Below, in pieces: positions 42,011-52,187 of a stretch of DNA of 60,577 bases. The position numbers were made by a program, and so were the translations under genes. The notes beneath the pieces are model-generated. The model was given only the letters and a program-made list of their open reading frames with translations, ran no database searches and was not told where the DNA came from. The stretch is from an uncultured Thermomicrobiales bacterium (GTDB lineage: Bacteria > Chloroflexota > Chloroflexia > Thermomicrobiales > UBA6265): positions 1 through 60,577 of the forward strand of contig CADCWF010000296.1 in the NCBI GenBank assembly GCA_902806345.1, given 5' to 3'. How positions within the stretch are numbered: position 1 is the stretch's first letter; every line of letters starts with the position of its first letter.

Positions 42011-42640
42011 GTGCCGGTATTCAGGAGCGGGGCGGGTCGCGCCCCGGGGTGGTGCGAACTGACCGCCTTCGAGGTCGTCGCGCTGGGGCCGGGGGACCGC
42101 CGTCGGTTCGAGCGAGAGGCGTCGCGGGAGCGGGTGGTCGTTGGCAGCGGCACGGTCCGCTTCGGTGGTGCCGGGCCGGAGGAGGTCGCCGCGACCGGGG
42201 CGGTCGTCGACCGGCCGCCGGGGGATGTTTGGGAGGTCGAGGCGATCGAGCCGGCGACGCTCGTCCGTCTGGGCGGCCGGTGGGGCGACGAGACCGGGGG
42301 CTGCGGCCTCTTCTCGGTCCGGCCGAGCACCGCCCCGGCCGACCACGGCGACCCGGTGCCGTACGGGAAAGAGACCGACTTCGACAGCCATTTTCACGAC
42401 TGCGACGAGTACTGGATCGTCCTGGAGGGACGGGGCGTTGCGGTCTCCGAAGGCCTCCCCTACGAGGTCGGCCCGGGCGACTGCGTGGCCACCGGGATGG
42501 GTCACCACCACGATTTCCCGAAGGTCGACCGGCCGGTGCGGGCCGTCTACTTCGAGACGACGCTCGGAGGGGCGAAGCGGCGGGGGCACCTCTGGGAGCA
42601 CACCCACGGCCCGGCGGCTCCGCGCCGCGACCGGATCTAG
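42011..42640 (+). CDS. Cupin domain protein
   Basis: HFHDCDEYW...GHHHDF metal-binding motif. Confidence 0.85.
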   Translation: MPVFRSGAGRAPGWCELTAFEVVALGPGDRRRFEREASRERVVVGSGTVRFGGAGPEEVAATGAVVDRPPGDVWEVEAIEPATLVRLGGRWGDETGGCGLFSVRPSTAPADHGDPVPYGKETDFDSHFHDCDEYWIVLEGRGVAVSEGLPYEVGPGDCVATGMGHHHDFPKVDRPVRAVYFETTLGGAKRRGHLWEHTHGPAAPRRDRI

Positions 42641-42708
42641 GACGGCCGACGGCCGAGACCGCGACCGCGGCGGCCCCGGCCCGACGAGCCAGCGGCGGGG
42701 AGGGGACG

Positions 42709-43785
42709 ATGGAACGGGCGAACGGCGGCGCGCGGGAGGCGACGGTCCTGCTGGTGGAGGCGCCGCCGTTCGGCGCCACCTACGCGGACCCCGAAGGGAC
42801 CGCGCTGGCCGGCATCGGCACACTGCGGCGGGCCGCCTGGTCCGAGGCGACCGCCGAGGCAACGACGACCGAGGCGTTCGATGCGGCGTTGCCCGAGATC
42901 GACGGGATCGTCGTCTCGCCGTGGACGAAACGGCTGCCCGAGTTCACCCCTGAACGGTGGGCCAAGGCGGAGCGGCTCCGGGTGATCGCCGGCACCTTCG
43001 ACCATCGCTACGGCGACTGGATCGATGTTGAGGAGGCCCACCGCCACGGGGTGACGATCGTCGATACCTCGCGCAGCATGACGCCGACCGTGGCGGAGTT
43101 TGCCCTGGCGATGACGCTGAACCTGCTGCGCGACATCCCGACCTCGATCGACCTCGTCCGCGGCGGCGGCTGGAAGGAGTCGGCCTGGGACCAACCGGGG
43201 TTCGTCTACGGCGACCTGACGGGGCGCCGGGTCGGCTTGGCCGGCTTCGGTAGCATCAACCGCCGCTACGCCGAACTGCTCGCCCCGTTCCGCTGCGCCG
43301 TGGCGGCCTACGACCCCTTCGTGGCCGACGCCGACCTCCGGCAGGCCACCATCGCGCGCGCCGAATCGCTCGTCGATCTCGCCGCGGCCAGCGAGATCTT
43401 CGTCGTCGGCATTCCGCCGACCCCGGCCACCAAGGGGATCATCGCCGAGGCGGTCATCGACGCCTTGCCCCGCGGTGCCCTCTTCGTGCTGGTGACCAGG
43501 ATGGCGGTGGTCGAGCAGGCGGCGCTTTGGCGCCGCGCGTTGGCAGGCGAGATCCGGGCCGCGATCGACGTCTTCGAACCGGAGCCGCCGCCGTCGGGGG
43601 CCCCGTTCCGGCGGAGTCCCTTCGTCCAGCCGACGCCTCACATCGCCGGTGGCGCCGCCTATTGCCATCGTCGCTGCTTCGCCACCGCCGCTGCGGACGC
43701 GGTGGCGATCCTGAACGGCGGCGACCCGATCTACGCCGTTACCCCCCGCGACGAACAGCTCTACCAGGGCGAACTGACCACGTAG
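42709..43785 (+). CDS. D-isomer-specific 2-hydroxyacid dehydrogenase
   Basis: VAEFAL, VGLAGFGSI, IDVFEPEP, TPHIAG. Confidence 0.9.
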   Translation: MERANGGAREATVLLVEAPPFGATYADPEGTALAGIGTLRRAAWSEATAEATTTEAFDAALPEIDGIVVSPWTKRLPEFTPERWAKAERLRVIAGTFDHRYGDWIDVEEAHRHGVTIVDTSRSMTPTVAEFALAMTLNLLRDIPTSIDLVRGGGWKESAWDQPGFVYGDLTGRRVGLAGFGSINRRYAELLAPFRCAVAAYDPFVADADLRQATIARAESLVDLAAASEIFVVGIPPTPATKGIIAEAVIDALPRGALFVLVTRMAVVEQAALWRRALAGEIRAAIDVFEPEPPPSGAPFRRSPFVQPTPHIAGGAAYCHRRCFATAAADAVAILNGGDPIYAVTPRDEQLYQGELTT

Positions 43786-43875
43786 GCACGACCGATTCCG
43801 CCCGCAACAAGCCCCCTCGCCGGCCGCAGCTGGAGCGGGGTCTCCGAGCAGGTCGGGGGGTGAGGGCTTCCTGCC

Positions 43876-44919
43876 CTACTCCGTCCGCGCCCGCACCCGC
43901 TCGATCCGCAGGGCGAAGACGTTGAGCAGCAGGGCGGCCAGGAGGACGATCCCCTGCAGGGCCTGCTTGAAGGTGATCGGGATGTTCGGCAGCAGGTTCA
44001 GCCCGTTGTTGAGGATGCCGAAGATGAGCAGGCCGAGGATCGTGTTGCGGATGCCGCCCTCGCCGCCGAAGAGGGAGGTGCCGCCGAGGACGACCGCCGC
44101 GATCGTGAAGATCAGGACGTCCTCGCCGGCCGCGGGGTTGGCGCTGGAGAGGCGGCCGATGAAGAGCAGCCCGGTCATCCCGGCGGTCACCGCCGAGATC
44201 GCCAGCGAGACCATGATCACCCGCCGGGTGTCGACGCCGCTCATCTCCGCCGCCTCGCGGTTGGCGCCGGTCATGTAGACGTAGCGGCCGAACTTGGTGT
44301 AGCCGAGGACGAACTCGCCGAGCAGCAGCACCGCCAGCGCGAACAGCCCGATGACCGGGATGCCGAGGACCTGGCTGGAGACGCTGCCGAGCGCCTTCAA
44401 CACCGGCGGCACGTCGAAGATGGGCTTCCCCTCGCTGACGTAGACCGAGAGGCCGCGGGCGATCGTCAGCATCGCCAGGGTCATCATGAACGAGGGGATG
44501 CCGACGTAGGCGACCAGGAAGCCGTTCAGCAGCCCCAGCGCCAGGGCGATCAGGAGGGCGACCGGGATCCCCCAGGTGCCGAGGGCGACCGCGTCGCCGA
44601 CGAAGAAGAAGGCGCCGAGGACGCCGGTGAAGGTCGCGATCGAGGCGATCGAGAGGTCGATCTCGGCGCAGAGGAGGACGAAGGTGATGCCCACCGCCGC
44701 GACCGCGATCGGGGCGATCTGGGTGACGATGTTCTGGAGGTTCTGCGGCGTCAGGAAGACGTCGGTGACCAGGCTGAAGAAGATGAAGAGGAAGACGAAG
44801 GTCAGCAGCGGCGCCAGCAGGCGGGCGTTGCGGCTGGCCCAGTCGAGGGCGCTGCCCGTGGATCTCGGCTGTGCCGTTTGCCCGCCGACCGGGGCCCCGA
44901 CCGGAACCTGCTGTGCCAT
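43876..44919 (-). CDS. Ribose-type (CUT2) ABC permease
   Basis: EIDLSIAS, IPSFMMTL, AAVVLGGTSLFGGEG. Confidence 0.95.
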   Translation of the reverse strand: MAQQVPVGAPVGGQTAQPRSTGSALDWASRNARLLAPLLTFVFLFIFFSLVTDVFLTPQNLQNIVTQIAPIAVAAVGITFVLLCAEIDLSIASIATFTGVLGAFFFVGDAVALGTWGIPVALLIALALGLLNGFLVAYVGIPSFMMTLAMLTIARGLSVYVSEGKPIFDVPPVLKALGSVSSQVLGIPVIGLFALAVLLLGEFVLGYTKFGRYVYMTGANREAAEMSGVDTRRVIMVSLAISAVTAGMTGLLFIGRLSSANPAAGEDVLIFTIAAVVLGGTSLFGGEGGIRNTILGLLIFGILNNGLNLLPNIPITFKQALQGIVLLAALLLNVFALRIERVRARTE

Positions 44920-45025
44920 TCCCGCTCCCCTGTTGGACCCGGGGCGAAAGACCCCGGGCAGACATCACGAGGCCCCGTGAACGGGGCTGAGCACGGACGT
45001 CGCCCCCGTCCGCCCGACCTTCTCC

Positions 45026-45149
45026 GTCATCCTGAGCGACGCCGAAGGATCCCGCTCCGCCTCGGCCACCCACGGGCCATTGACGCCGCCACGGCGGATC
45101 CGCCTCCGATCCCCGACTCGAGATCCTTCGCCTGCGGGCTCAGGATGAC
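45026..45149. repeat. REP-like family B inverted pair
   Basis: GTCATCCTGAGCGACGCCGAAGGATC ... GATCCTTCGCCTGCGGGCTCAGGATGAC. Confidence 0.8.
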
Positions 45150-45155
45150 AGGGGG

Positions 45156-46691
45156 CTAGGCGAACTCCATCAGCCGGTCCTTGCTGACCGTCTCGCCGGC
45201 GAACTCGCGGGTGATCCGGCCGCGGCTGAGGACCAGGATCCGGTCCGACTCGGCGAGCACCGTCTCCGGTTCGGTCGAGAGGAGGAGGATCGCCACGCCC
45301 TCCGCCTTGAGGGCCTTGACCAGGTCGAGCACCTCGCGCTTGGCGCCGACGTCCATCCCCCGCGTCGGCTCGTTCAGGATCAGCACCTTCGGCCGTTTGG
45401 TGAGCCACTTCGCAAGGACCACCTTCTGCTGGTTGCCGCCGGAGAGGTTGCCGGCGTTCAGCAGCGGGTTGGCCGGCCGCACCCCCGTCCGGCCGACCTG
45501 CTCCCGCGCGATCGCCACCTCCGGCCCCGGCCGCAGGACCGGGCCGAGCAGGGTGTCGAGGTGGGCCAGCGAGATGTTCTTGTAGACCTCGTGGCGAGGG
45601 AAGATGGTCTTGCGGCGGTTCTCCGAGAGGTAGGCGATGCCGAGCCGCTTGGACTCGCGGGTGGTGCGCGGCCGGATCGGCTTGCCGTCGAGCGCGATCT
45701 CGCCCGCCGCCGGCACGACCTGGCCGAAGAGGGCGCGGGCGATCTCGGTCATGCCGGCGCCGAGGTTGCCGAAGAGGCCGAGGATCTCGCCGGCGTGGAG
45801 GTCGAACGAGATGTCCGAGAAGCTGCCCGGCGCCTCCAGCCCGCGCAGCGAGAGGACGGTCTTGCCCGCGGCCGGCGGTGGCAGATCGATGCCGGTGGCG
45901 GCGTAGCTCTCGGCCAGGGCGTCGGCGTCGCGGCCGATCATCAGCTCGATCAGCTTCGCCTTGGTCAGCCCCGCGTTCGCCAGGGTCGCCACCTTGCGCG
46001 AGTTCTTGAGGACCGTGATCCGGTCGGCGACGGCGAGCACGTCCTCCAGGAAGTGGGAGATGAAGACGAGGCTGGCGCCCTGCGCCTTGAGCCGCGCCAT
46101 CGCCGCGAAGAGTCGCTCCGACTCCGGCCCGGAGAGGGCCGAGGTCGGCTCGTCGAGGACGACGATGCCGGCGCCCGAGAAGACGACCCGGGCGATCTCG
46201 ACCATCTGCTGGGAACCGAGCGAGAGCGACCCCAACGGCGCCCGCGGGTCGACCTTCAGCCCGAGGGAACCGAGTTGCTCGGCGGCGGCGGCCCGCATCG
46301 CCTTCCAGGAGACGACGCCGCCGCTCGTCGGTTGGCGGCCGAGGAAGACGTTCTCGGCGATCGAGAGCTGGGGCATGCAGGAGAGTTCCTGGTAGATCAT
46401 GCCGACGCCGCGCGCCTTGGCCTCGGCCGGGGAGGCGAAGCGGACCGCCTCGCCGCGCAGCGCGATCTCCCCCTCGTCCGGGGCGTGGACCCCGGAGAGG
46501 ATCTTCATTAGGGTCGACTTGCCGGCGCCGTTCTCGCCGATCAGCCCGTGGATCTCGCCCGGGCGCAGGTCGAAGTCGACGTTGTCGAGCGCGGTCGCGC
46601 CGCCGAACCGCTTGGTGACCCCGCCGAGGCGCAGGATCGGCGCGTCGGCCGTGCTGGACACGGCGGTCGGCTCGGGGGCGAGGCTGGCCAT
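45156..46691 (-). CDS. Ribose-type (CUT2) ABC ATP-binding protein
   Basis: GENGAGKST, LDEPTSAL, LSGGNQQK, NEPTRG. Confidence 0.95.
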   Translation of the reverse strand: MASLAPEPTAVSSTADAPILRLGGVTKRFGGATALDNVDFDLRPGEIHGLIGENGAGKSTLMKILSGVHAPDEGEIALRGEAVRFASPAEAKARGVGMIYQELSCMPQLSIAENVFLGRQPTSGGVVSWKAMRAAAAEQLGSLGLKVDPRAPLGSLSLGSQQMVEIARVVFSGAGIVVLDEPTSALSGPESERLFAAMARLKAQGASLVFISHFLEDVLAVADRITVLKNSRKVATLANAGLTKAKLIELMIGRDADALAESYAATGIDLPPPAAGKTVLSLRGLEAPGSFSDISFDLHAGEILGLFGNLGAGMTEIARALFGQVVPAAGEIALDGKPIRPRTTRESKRLGIAYLSENRRKTIFPRHEVYKNISLAHLDTLLGPVLRPGPEVAIAREQVGRTGVRPANPLLNAGNLSGGNQQKVVLAKWLTKRPKVLILNEPTRGMDVGAKREVLDLVKALKAEGVAILLLSTEPETVLAESDRILVLSRGRITREFAGETVSKDRLMEFA

Positions 46692-46700
46692 GGAACTCCC

Positions 46701-46786
46701 GCAGGGGAGAGGGGATAGCGAATAGGAGACCGATGCCGGCGGCGCCGACCGTCCTCCTATCCGCTATCCCCTACGCCCTATCCCCT
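46701..46786. repeat. Heptamer tandem-repeat hairpin, family D
   Basis: AGAGGGG ATAGCGA ATAGGAG ... CTCCTAT CCGCTAT CCCCTAC GCCCTAT. Confidence 0.7.
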
Positions 46787-47897
46787 AGTACTGCATGTTG
46801 TCGTGCAGCCAGATGTAGCCGGCGGCGTTGTCGGCGGTGATCGGGCCGCCGTCGGTGCGGATGAACTTCGGCACCCCGCCCGGGGCCATGTCGGTCTCGG
46901 AGACGGTCAGGTAGCCGGCCCAGATGGCGCCGCCGTGGATGCGGCCGCTGGGGTTGATGACCGAGGCCAGGAGGCGGCCCTCCATGATCGCCTCGGAGGC
47001 GTTCTTCAGCCCGTCGACGCCGACCAGTTGGATGGCGTCCTGCTTGCCGGCCGCCTCGATCACCGAGGCCGCCGCCAGCGCCATGTCGTCGGAGTGGAAG
47101 AAGCCGCCCTTGACATCCGGGTACCGCTGGAGAAGGTCCTGCCAGAGGGAGGCGACCTGGTCGATCTCCCAGTCGCCGGGGGTCTCGTCGACGACCTCGA
47201 TGTTCGGGTACTGCTCGAGCATGTTGGCGAAGCCCTGGGCGCGGCCCTGGGCGCCGGTGTGGGCGAGGGCGCCCTGGGTGTGGATCACCTGGCCCTCGCC
47301 GCCGATGGCGTCGAAGAGCTGCTTGGCGACCGTTTCGCCCATGTAGATGTTGTCCGGCTCCAGGTAGGTCAGGTAATCGAAGGTCGCGAACTCCTCCGGA
47401 TCCTGGATCAGCCGGGTGTCCATGACGATCAGCGGCGTGCCGGCGGAGACGATCTGGGTCGCCGCGTCGACCAAGGCATCGGAGGCCGAGGGGTGGACGG
47501 CGACGAAGTCGAAGCCCTGGGAGGAGATCGTCTGCAGATCCTGGAGCTGCTTCTCGGTGCTGAACTCGCCGTCGAAGGAGGTCACCTCGACACCGAGGAG
47601 GTCGCCGAAGAACTTGGCAACGTCCATCCCGTGGGCGACCCAGGTCGAGCCTGCGCCGACCTCGGAGGTGGCAGCGGTGAACTGCTTGGCGGGCAGGTCC
47701 TCCGGCAGGAGGCCGAGCGAGGCGACGGCCGAGGCCGCCGAGGTGCCCTTGCCGACGCCGGTGGCCACCGCCAGGGCGCCGAGCATCGCGAAGCTGCCCT
47801 TGAAGGCGTCCCGCCGCTTGATCCCCTTCTTCAGGCGGTCGCCGATCAGCTCCAGTTCGAGCCCGGCCAGCGGGCCGCGCTGCGCGATATCTCCCAT
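46785..47897 (-). CDS. Sugar ABC substrate-binding protein (RbsB-like) with Tat-like signal
   Basis: GGAGG upstream; KRRDAFK; DDMALAA; VGVDG. Confidence 0.9.
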   Translation of the reverse strand: MGDIAQRGPLAGLELELIGDRLKKGIKRRDAFKGSFAMLGALAVATGVGKGTSAASAVASLGLLPEDLPAKQFTAATSEVGAGSTWVAHGMDVAKFFGDLLGVEVTSFDGEFSTEKQLQDLQTISSQGFDFVAVHPSASDALVDAATQIVSAGTPLIVMDTRLIQDPEEFATFDYLTYLEPDNIYMGETVAKQLFDAIGGEGQVIHTQGALAHTGAQGRAQGFANMLEQYPNIEVVDETPGDWEIDQVASLWQDLLQRYPDVKGGFFHSDDMALAAASVIEAAGKQDAIQLVGVDGLKNASEAIMEGRLLASVINPSGRIHGGAIWAGYLTVSETDMAPGGVPKFIRTDGGPITADNAAGYIWLHDNMQY

Positions 47898-48542
47898 CGT
47901 TGTTTGCCTCCGTCGTGGACGTTCGTTGTCCGCGCCGGCGTCCATCGCCGGCGTTTCCGAGTGCCGCGGCCGCGGCCGCCATCGGGCCGGGGCGAACGAG
48001 GCCGAGGGTAGGGGGAGCGGGCGCGACCGAGGGACCGCGTGCGACGGCGGCCTCCGGGATTGCCCGCAGCATTGCGGGGTCGGGTCACCTCCGGGGCCGC
48101 CGGGAAGGCGGCTGGGGACGGGCACAGGCAATTCGGCGAGCGAAGTGCGCCGCACGGTAGCACAAGGTCGGGAGGTGGTCAACAGCGCCGTGCGACTGTC
48201 GTCTAGTGGACGATTGGGCGGGGACGTTGACCGCAAGCGATGCCCCCGCTACCGTCTCCGCCAACCCGGGCGTTTCCTGGGGGCTACTGACGGCGGCGAT
48301 CGCGCTCGGCACGCGGCCGACGCTGCTGGTGGTGGTCCCGGTCTAGCGGCTGATGGTGCGGGGGCTGACGGCGGGGGCGGTGCGATAGGGACGGAGCACT
48401 CGCGGCACCGCCGCCGAGCCCGGCATTGCAGTGCCGGGCTGAGGCGACGAAGTCTCTCCGGGTCCGAGACCGTGGGCAATCTGCGGCGGTATCCGCGAAT
48501 CGGGGTTGATGCACCACGAGGGCGGAGGAAGGGGGCGGGGCG

Positions 48543-49367
48543 GTGGCCGAGGAGCCGGGGGTCGAACTGGCGAAGATGACCTCGCCGCAGGCGGCGGCGG
48601 CGCTGGCGGCCGCCGAGGTCGCAATCGTCCCGGTCGGCGCCACCGAGCAGCACGGTCCGAACCTCAGCCTGGAGACCGACACCGCCATCGCCGACGCCCT
48701 GGCGCGCCGGATCGCGGCGGCGGTTTTCCCGCGGGCGGTCGTCACCCCGCCGCTGCCGTTCGGCGTCAGCCACCACCACCTGCGCTTCCCCGGCACCCTG
48801 ACCCTCTCGCCAGACACGTTCCAGGCGGTGCTCCTGGACTTGGCCGAGAGCCTGCGTCGCCACGGCGTGCCGCGCCTGTTCGTCGTCGACGGCCACGCCG
48901 GCAACCAGGGCGCGCTCGACGTGCTGATGACCAAGCTCCGCTTCGAGCGCGGCATCCCGGCCGCCTACCTCTTCCCCTTCGCGATCGCCGGCGACGCGAT
49001 CCGGGAGGGGGTCGGGAGCGAGCGCTGGGGCCACGCCTGCGAGGTGGAGGCGTCGCTCGGACTCGCCCTGCGGCCGGAGATCGTCCACGCCGAATCGCTC
49101 GAAGCGGGGGCGATCCTGCCGCCGCTGCTGCCGTTCGCCGACCCGCGGCAGCCGCACCGGATCGCGGCGCCGCTCTGGTTCGACGAGATCACCGCCAACG
49201 GCGCCCTCGGCGACGCCCGGCGGGCGAGCTCCGGTTTCGGCGAATCGGTCGCCTCGACGGTCGTCGCCCGGGCGGTCGCCTTCCTCGAGCGGTTCGTCGA
49301 GCTGGAGCCGGGCGACGACCGCTGGCCGGAGGCGGGCCCGCCGTCCGCTGCCTGGGGCAACGGCTGA
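48543..49367 (+). CDS. Creatininase family amidohydrolase
   Basis: PVGATEQHGPNL...TD, GVSHHH, DGHAGN, GHACEVE. Confidence 0.92.
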   Translation: MAEEPGVELAKMTSPQAAAALAAAEVAIVPVGATEQHGPNLSLETDTAIADALARRIAAAVFPRAVVTPPLPFGVSHHHLRFPGTLTLSPDTFQAVLLDLAESLRRHGVPRLFVVDGHAGNQGALDVLMTKLRFERGIPAAYLFPFAIAGDAIREGVGSERWGHACEVEASLGLALRPEIVHAESLEAGAILPPLLPFADPRQPHRIAAPLWFDEITANGALGDARRASSGFGESVASTVVARAVAFLERFVELEPGDDRWPEAGPPSAAWGNG

Positions 49368-49451
49368 TACCGGCTTCGGGGCGGTGACTGCACGTATCCG
49401 GCCGAACGGCCCTCACCGCCGGATTTCGGGCCTGTTCGGTCGGATCCCGGT

Positions 49452-49742
49452 TCAGACCCCCTCGACCACCGTTAGGAAGTTGGTCCGGGCGTGGCCCTGG
49501 CGGATCGGCAGGATCTCGGCGTAGGCTGGCGAGGCGTGCCAAGCCTTGGCGGTGGCCAGGTCCGGGAACTCGATGACCACCACCCGCTGCGGCCACCAGT
49601 CGCCCTCCAGCGTCTCCGACCTGCCGCCGCGGACCAGGAAGCGGCCGCCGAAGGGCTCCAACGTAGCCGGCACCCGGCTGGTGTAGGCCGTGTACGCGTC
49701 CGGGTCGTGGACCTCGACGTCGACGATCACGTAGGCCGCCAT
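49452..49742 (-). CDS. DUF1330 domain protein
   Basis: FGGRFLVRGG, VVIEFP, AKAWHASPAY. Confidence 0.9.
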   Translation of the reverse strand: MAAYVIVDVEVHDPDAYTAYTSRVPATLEPFGGRFLVRGGRSETLEGDWWPQRVVVIEFPDLATAKAWHASPAYAEILPIRQGHARTNFLTVVEGV

Positions 49743-49969
49743 CGCGCCGCTCCTTCCGCCTCGGCGGTCGCACGCCTGCTGCTCGTTGCCCGGACGATAG
49801 CCGATCGCCGCCGCCGCCGCTGGTCGCCTCCCCGACCTCCGAGCGGCAGGCATCCTCCTCGTCAACCTGACTGGAGGGAGGGGGCTCCCGCCAAGACGCC
49901 GCCCTTCATCTGTCGGGTTGAGACGGCGGGAGGGGAGTCATCGTCTTTGCTCGGGACGACGCGGGAGTG

Positions 49970-50630
49970 ACCGCTCCTCGCTCCGTCAGCCCTGCCAGCT
50001 CCTCCATCGGCAGAGCGGCCGAGAAGTCCAGCTCACCCTCGCCGGTCGCGTTCGCGGCCACGGTCGTCGCGTGGATGGCCGCGGGAACCGGCATCGCCAC
50101 CCCCAGATCGTTGGCCAGCCCGAGGTCCCTCCGCATGAGCCCAAGGGTGAAGGCGGCCGGCCGGGAGGTCCGTCCAGAGGTGGTTACCGCCTTGGTCGAC
50201 ACGACCGGCGCTCTACGGCCGAGGAGCCGGCGGGCACGGCGCAGATCGCGGGCGGCTCCGGCCCGCCTTCTCGCCGAGCGTCACCCCCTCGTACAGCACC
50301 TGGACGACCCCTGTGAGGAGCGCGTTCGCGGCGACCTTCATCGCCGCCTGGCTGCCGACTGGGTCCTGGTGGCGGGTTGCCTTTGCGAAGGCGGCGGAGA
50401 CGGGCGCGTACCGCTCGAGGGCGGTGTGGCCGGAGCCGGCCATCACCGCCCCTCGACGGCCGCTTTGACGGAGCCCGCCACCAGCGGGTCGAGGACCGTC
50501 GCCCCGCCATTCCGCCGCGTCCGTCAGCCGCCGCGAGAGCGCTGGCGCCACGGTGCCGCAATCGACCAGGACCAGCCTGCTCCCCGGTCAGCAGGCCGTC
50601 CGCCGCAAGGTAGACCGCCTCGCTACCAAG
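49970..50630 (-). pseudogene. Frameshifted 3-hydroxyisobutyrate/tartronate-semialdehyde reductase family gene
   Basis: Fragments in different frames: EAVYLAADGLL; AAMKVAANALL...EGVTLGEKAG; FTLGLMRRDLGLA...GEGELDFSA. Boundaries are approximate. Confidence 0.65.
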
Positions 50631-50657
50631 CCGGTGCCCACCTGTGGGCACTCCGCC

Positions 50658-51224
50658 CTAGCCGGCCAGACGGCGCCCGCCGCCCGGCTCGACCACGTAG
50701 ACGAGGCGGTCGGGGACGGCGTGCGGCGCGGACCCCGTGGCGGCGCCGCCCTCCGCCACCACGATCAGGTCCTCCCCGATCGTCGCCACCGCCCCCCCCG
50801 CCACCTCGTGGTGCTCCTGGAGCGGGCCGGGCGAGACATCGAGCGCCAACAGGCGAAAGCTCTCCTCGCCGAAGCGGACGCCGGCGACGCTGCCGAGCGC
50901 GACCCCGGCCTCGGTGACAACCTTGCGCCCGACCAGACTGCCGAGCTCGACCAGTTCGTCGCGGCGGGCGCCGACGGCGAACTCGCTCCGCACCGCCGCC
51001 GCGTCGTTGATGGTGACGGCGTCCGGCCCGAAAGCGTGGACGTCGCCGACCTCGACCAGGCCGACCATCGTGCCGCCGAAGAAGCCGCCCTTGTGGACGG
51101 TGAACCCGACGATCTCTTTCCGCGCCGGGTCCAGATAGACCCGCTCGACGGCGCCGATCTCCGCCCCGTCGGCCAGACTGACGACCGTGGTGCCCTTGGA
51201 CAGCCGAAGACCGTGGCCGTTCAC
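50658..51224 (-). CDS. Tandem PRC-barrel domain protein
   Basis: AGGAGG plus GTG; VVSLADGAEIG...HAFGPDAV; GRKVVTEAG...IGEDLIVV. Confidence 0.85.
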   Translation of the reverse strand: MNGHGLRLSKGTTVVSLADGAEIGAVERVYLDPARKEIVGFTVHKGGFFGGTMVGLVEVGDVHAFGPDAVTINDAAAVRSEFAVGARRDELVELGSLVGRKVVTEAGVALGSVAGVRFGEESFRLLALDVSPGPLQEHHEVAGGAVATIGEDLIVVAEGGAATGSAPHAVPDRLVYVVEPGGGRRLAG

Positions 51225-51491
51225 GCCGTTCCTCCTGGGTGCTTGGGTTCGACGCGGGGCACCACGAACGATGCACGAGATGTGCCAGGAGGTCAAGCGG
51301 CCTACGCGACGCCCGGACCGGGTGCCCGAGAGGCTTCGGTGAGGGGGCGAGCGGCAGGCATCGGGGACGCCCGCGCGGGCGTCCCCCCCGGCTGTCGTCC
51401 ATGGCCGCACGAGCGCCCCGAGCGCGGCTCAGCGGGGAGCGGCAACGAGACGGCGGGCCCGGCGATCGAGCGGCCAGCGGCTGGGAGGGCC

Positions 51492-51549
51492 TTGACAGAA
51501 CCTCCGCTCGGTCCTATTGTCCATATTGTCCACTGATTTAATGGACAAT
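51492..51549 (+). promoter_or_regulatory. sigma70-type promoter and palindromic operator of the ssu operon
   Basis: TTGACA-17 bp-TATTGT; ATTGTCCA-N9-TGGACAAT at 51525-51549; TATTGTCCA tandem duplication. Confidence 0.75.
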
Positions 51550-51590
51550 GAGAGATGGGCGAGGATCGCCCGGAGGAGGAGCCCCCACCC

Positions 51591-52187
51591 ATGCCCGATA
51601 TCGTCACCGTCGGCGGCAGCCCGGCCAGCCCATCGCGCTGCGCCACCACCCTCGGCCACGTCCGCCGATCCATGGCCGGACGCGGCTTCACCACCGACGC
51701 GGTCGAGGTCCGCGACCTCGATGCCCAGGGGCTGGTCTGGGCCAGCTTCGACGAGCCGACCATCCGCACCGCCATCGACGCCGTCCAGGAGGCCCGCGCC
51801 CTAGTCGTCGCCACCCCCGTCTACAAGGCCGCCTACTCCGGCGTCCTCAAGCTGTTCCTCGACCTCCTGCCGCCCGGCTCGCTCGCCGACAAACCGGTCC
51901 TGCCGGTGACGACGGCCGGCTCGCTGGCCCACTGCCTGGCGCTCGATTACGCGCTCAAGCCGGTGCTCGCCGCGCTCGGCGCCCGCCACATCCTGCAGGG
52001 CGTCTGCCTGCTCGACTCCGACTTCGAGTACGGCCCGGACGGCGCCGTCGTCGCCCTCAACCCCGCCTCCGCCGAGCGGCTGCACCAGGCGATCGACGCC
52101 CTCGCCCAGCCGCTCGGCAAGCCGCACCCCCAGCCCCAGTCCGACCCCCTGGCCCCCGTCGCGATCCTCGAGGAGGTCCCGGCATGA
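51591..52187 (+). CDS. ssuE: NADPH-dependent FMN reductase
   Basis: GSP...SR, ATPVYKAAYSGVLKLFLD, LDYALKPVL. Confidence 0.92.
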   Translation: MPDIVTVGGSPASPSRCATTLGHVRRSMAGRGFTTDAVEVRDLDAQGLVWASFDEPTIRTAIDAVQEARALVVATPVYKAAYSGVLKLFLDLLPPGSLADKPVLPVTTAGSLAHCLALDYALKPVLAALGARHILQGVCLLDSDFEYGPDGAVVALNPASAERLHQAIDALAQPLGKPHPQPQSDPLAPVAILEEVPA

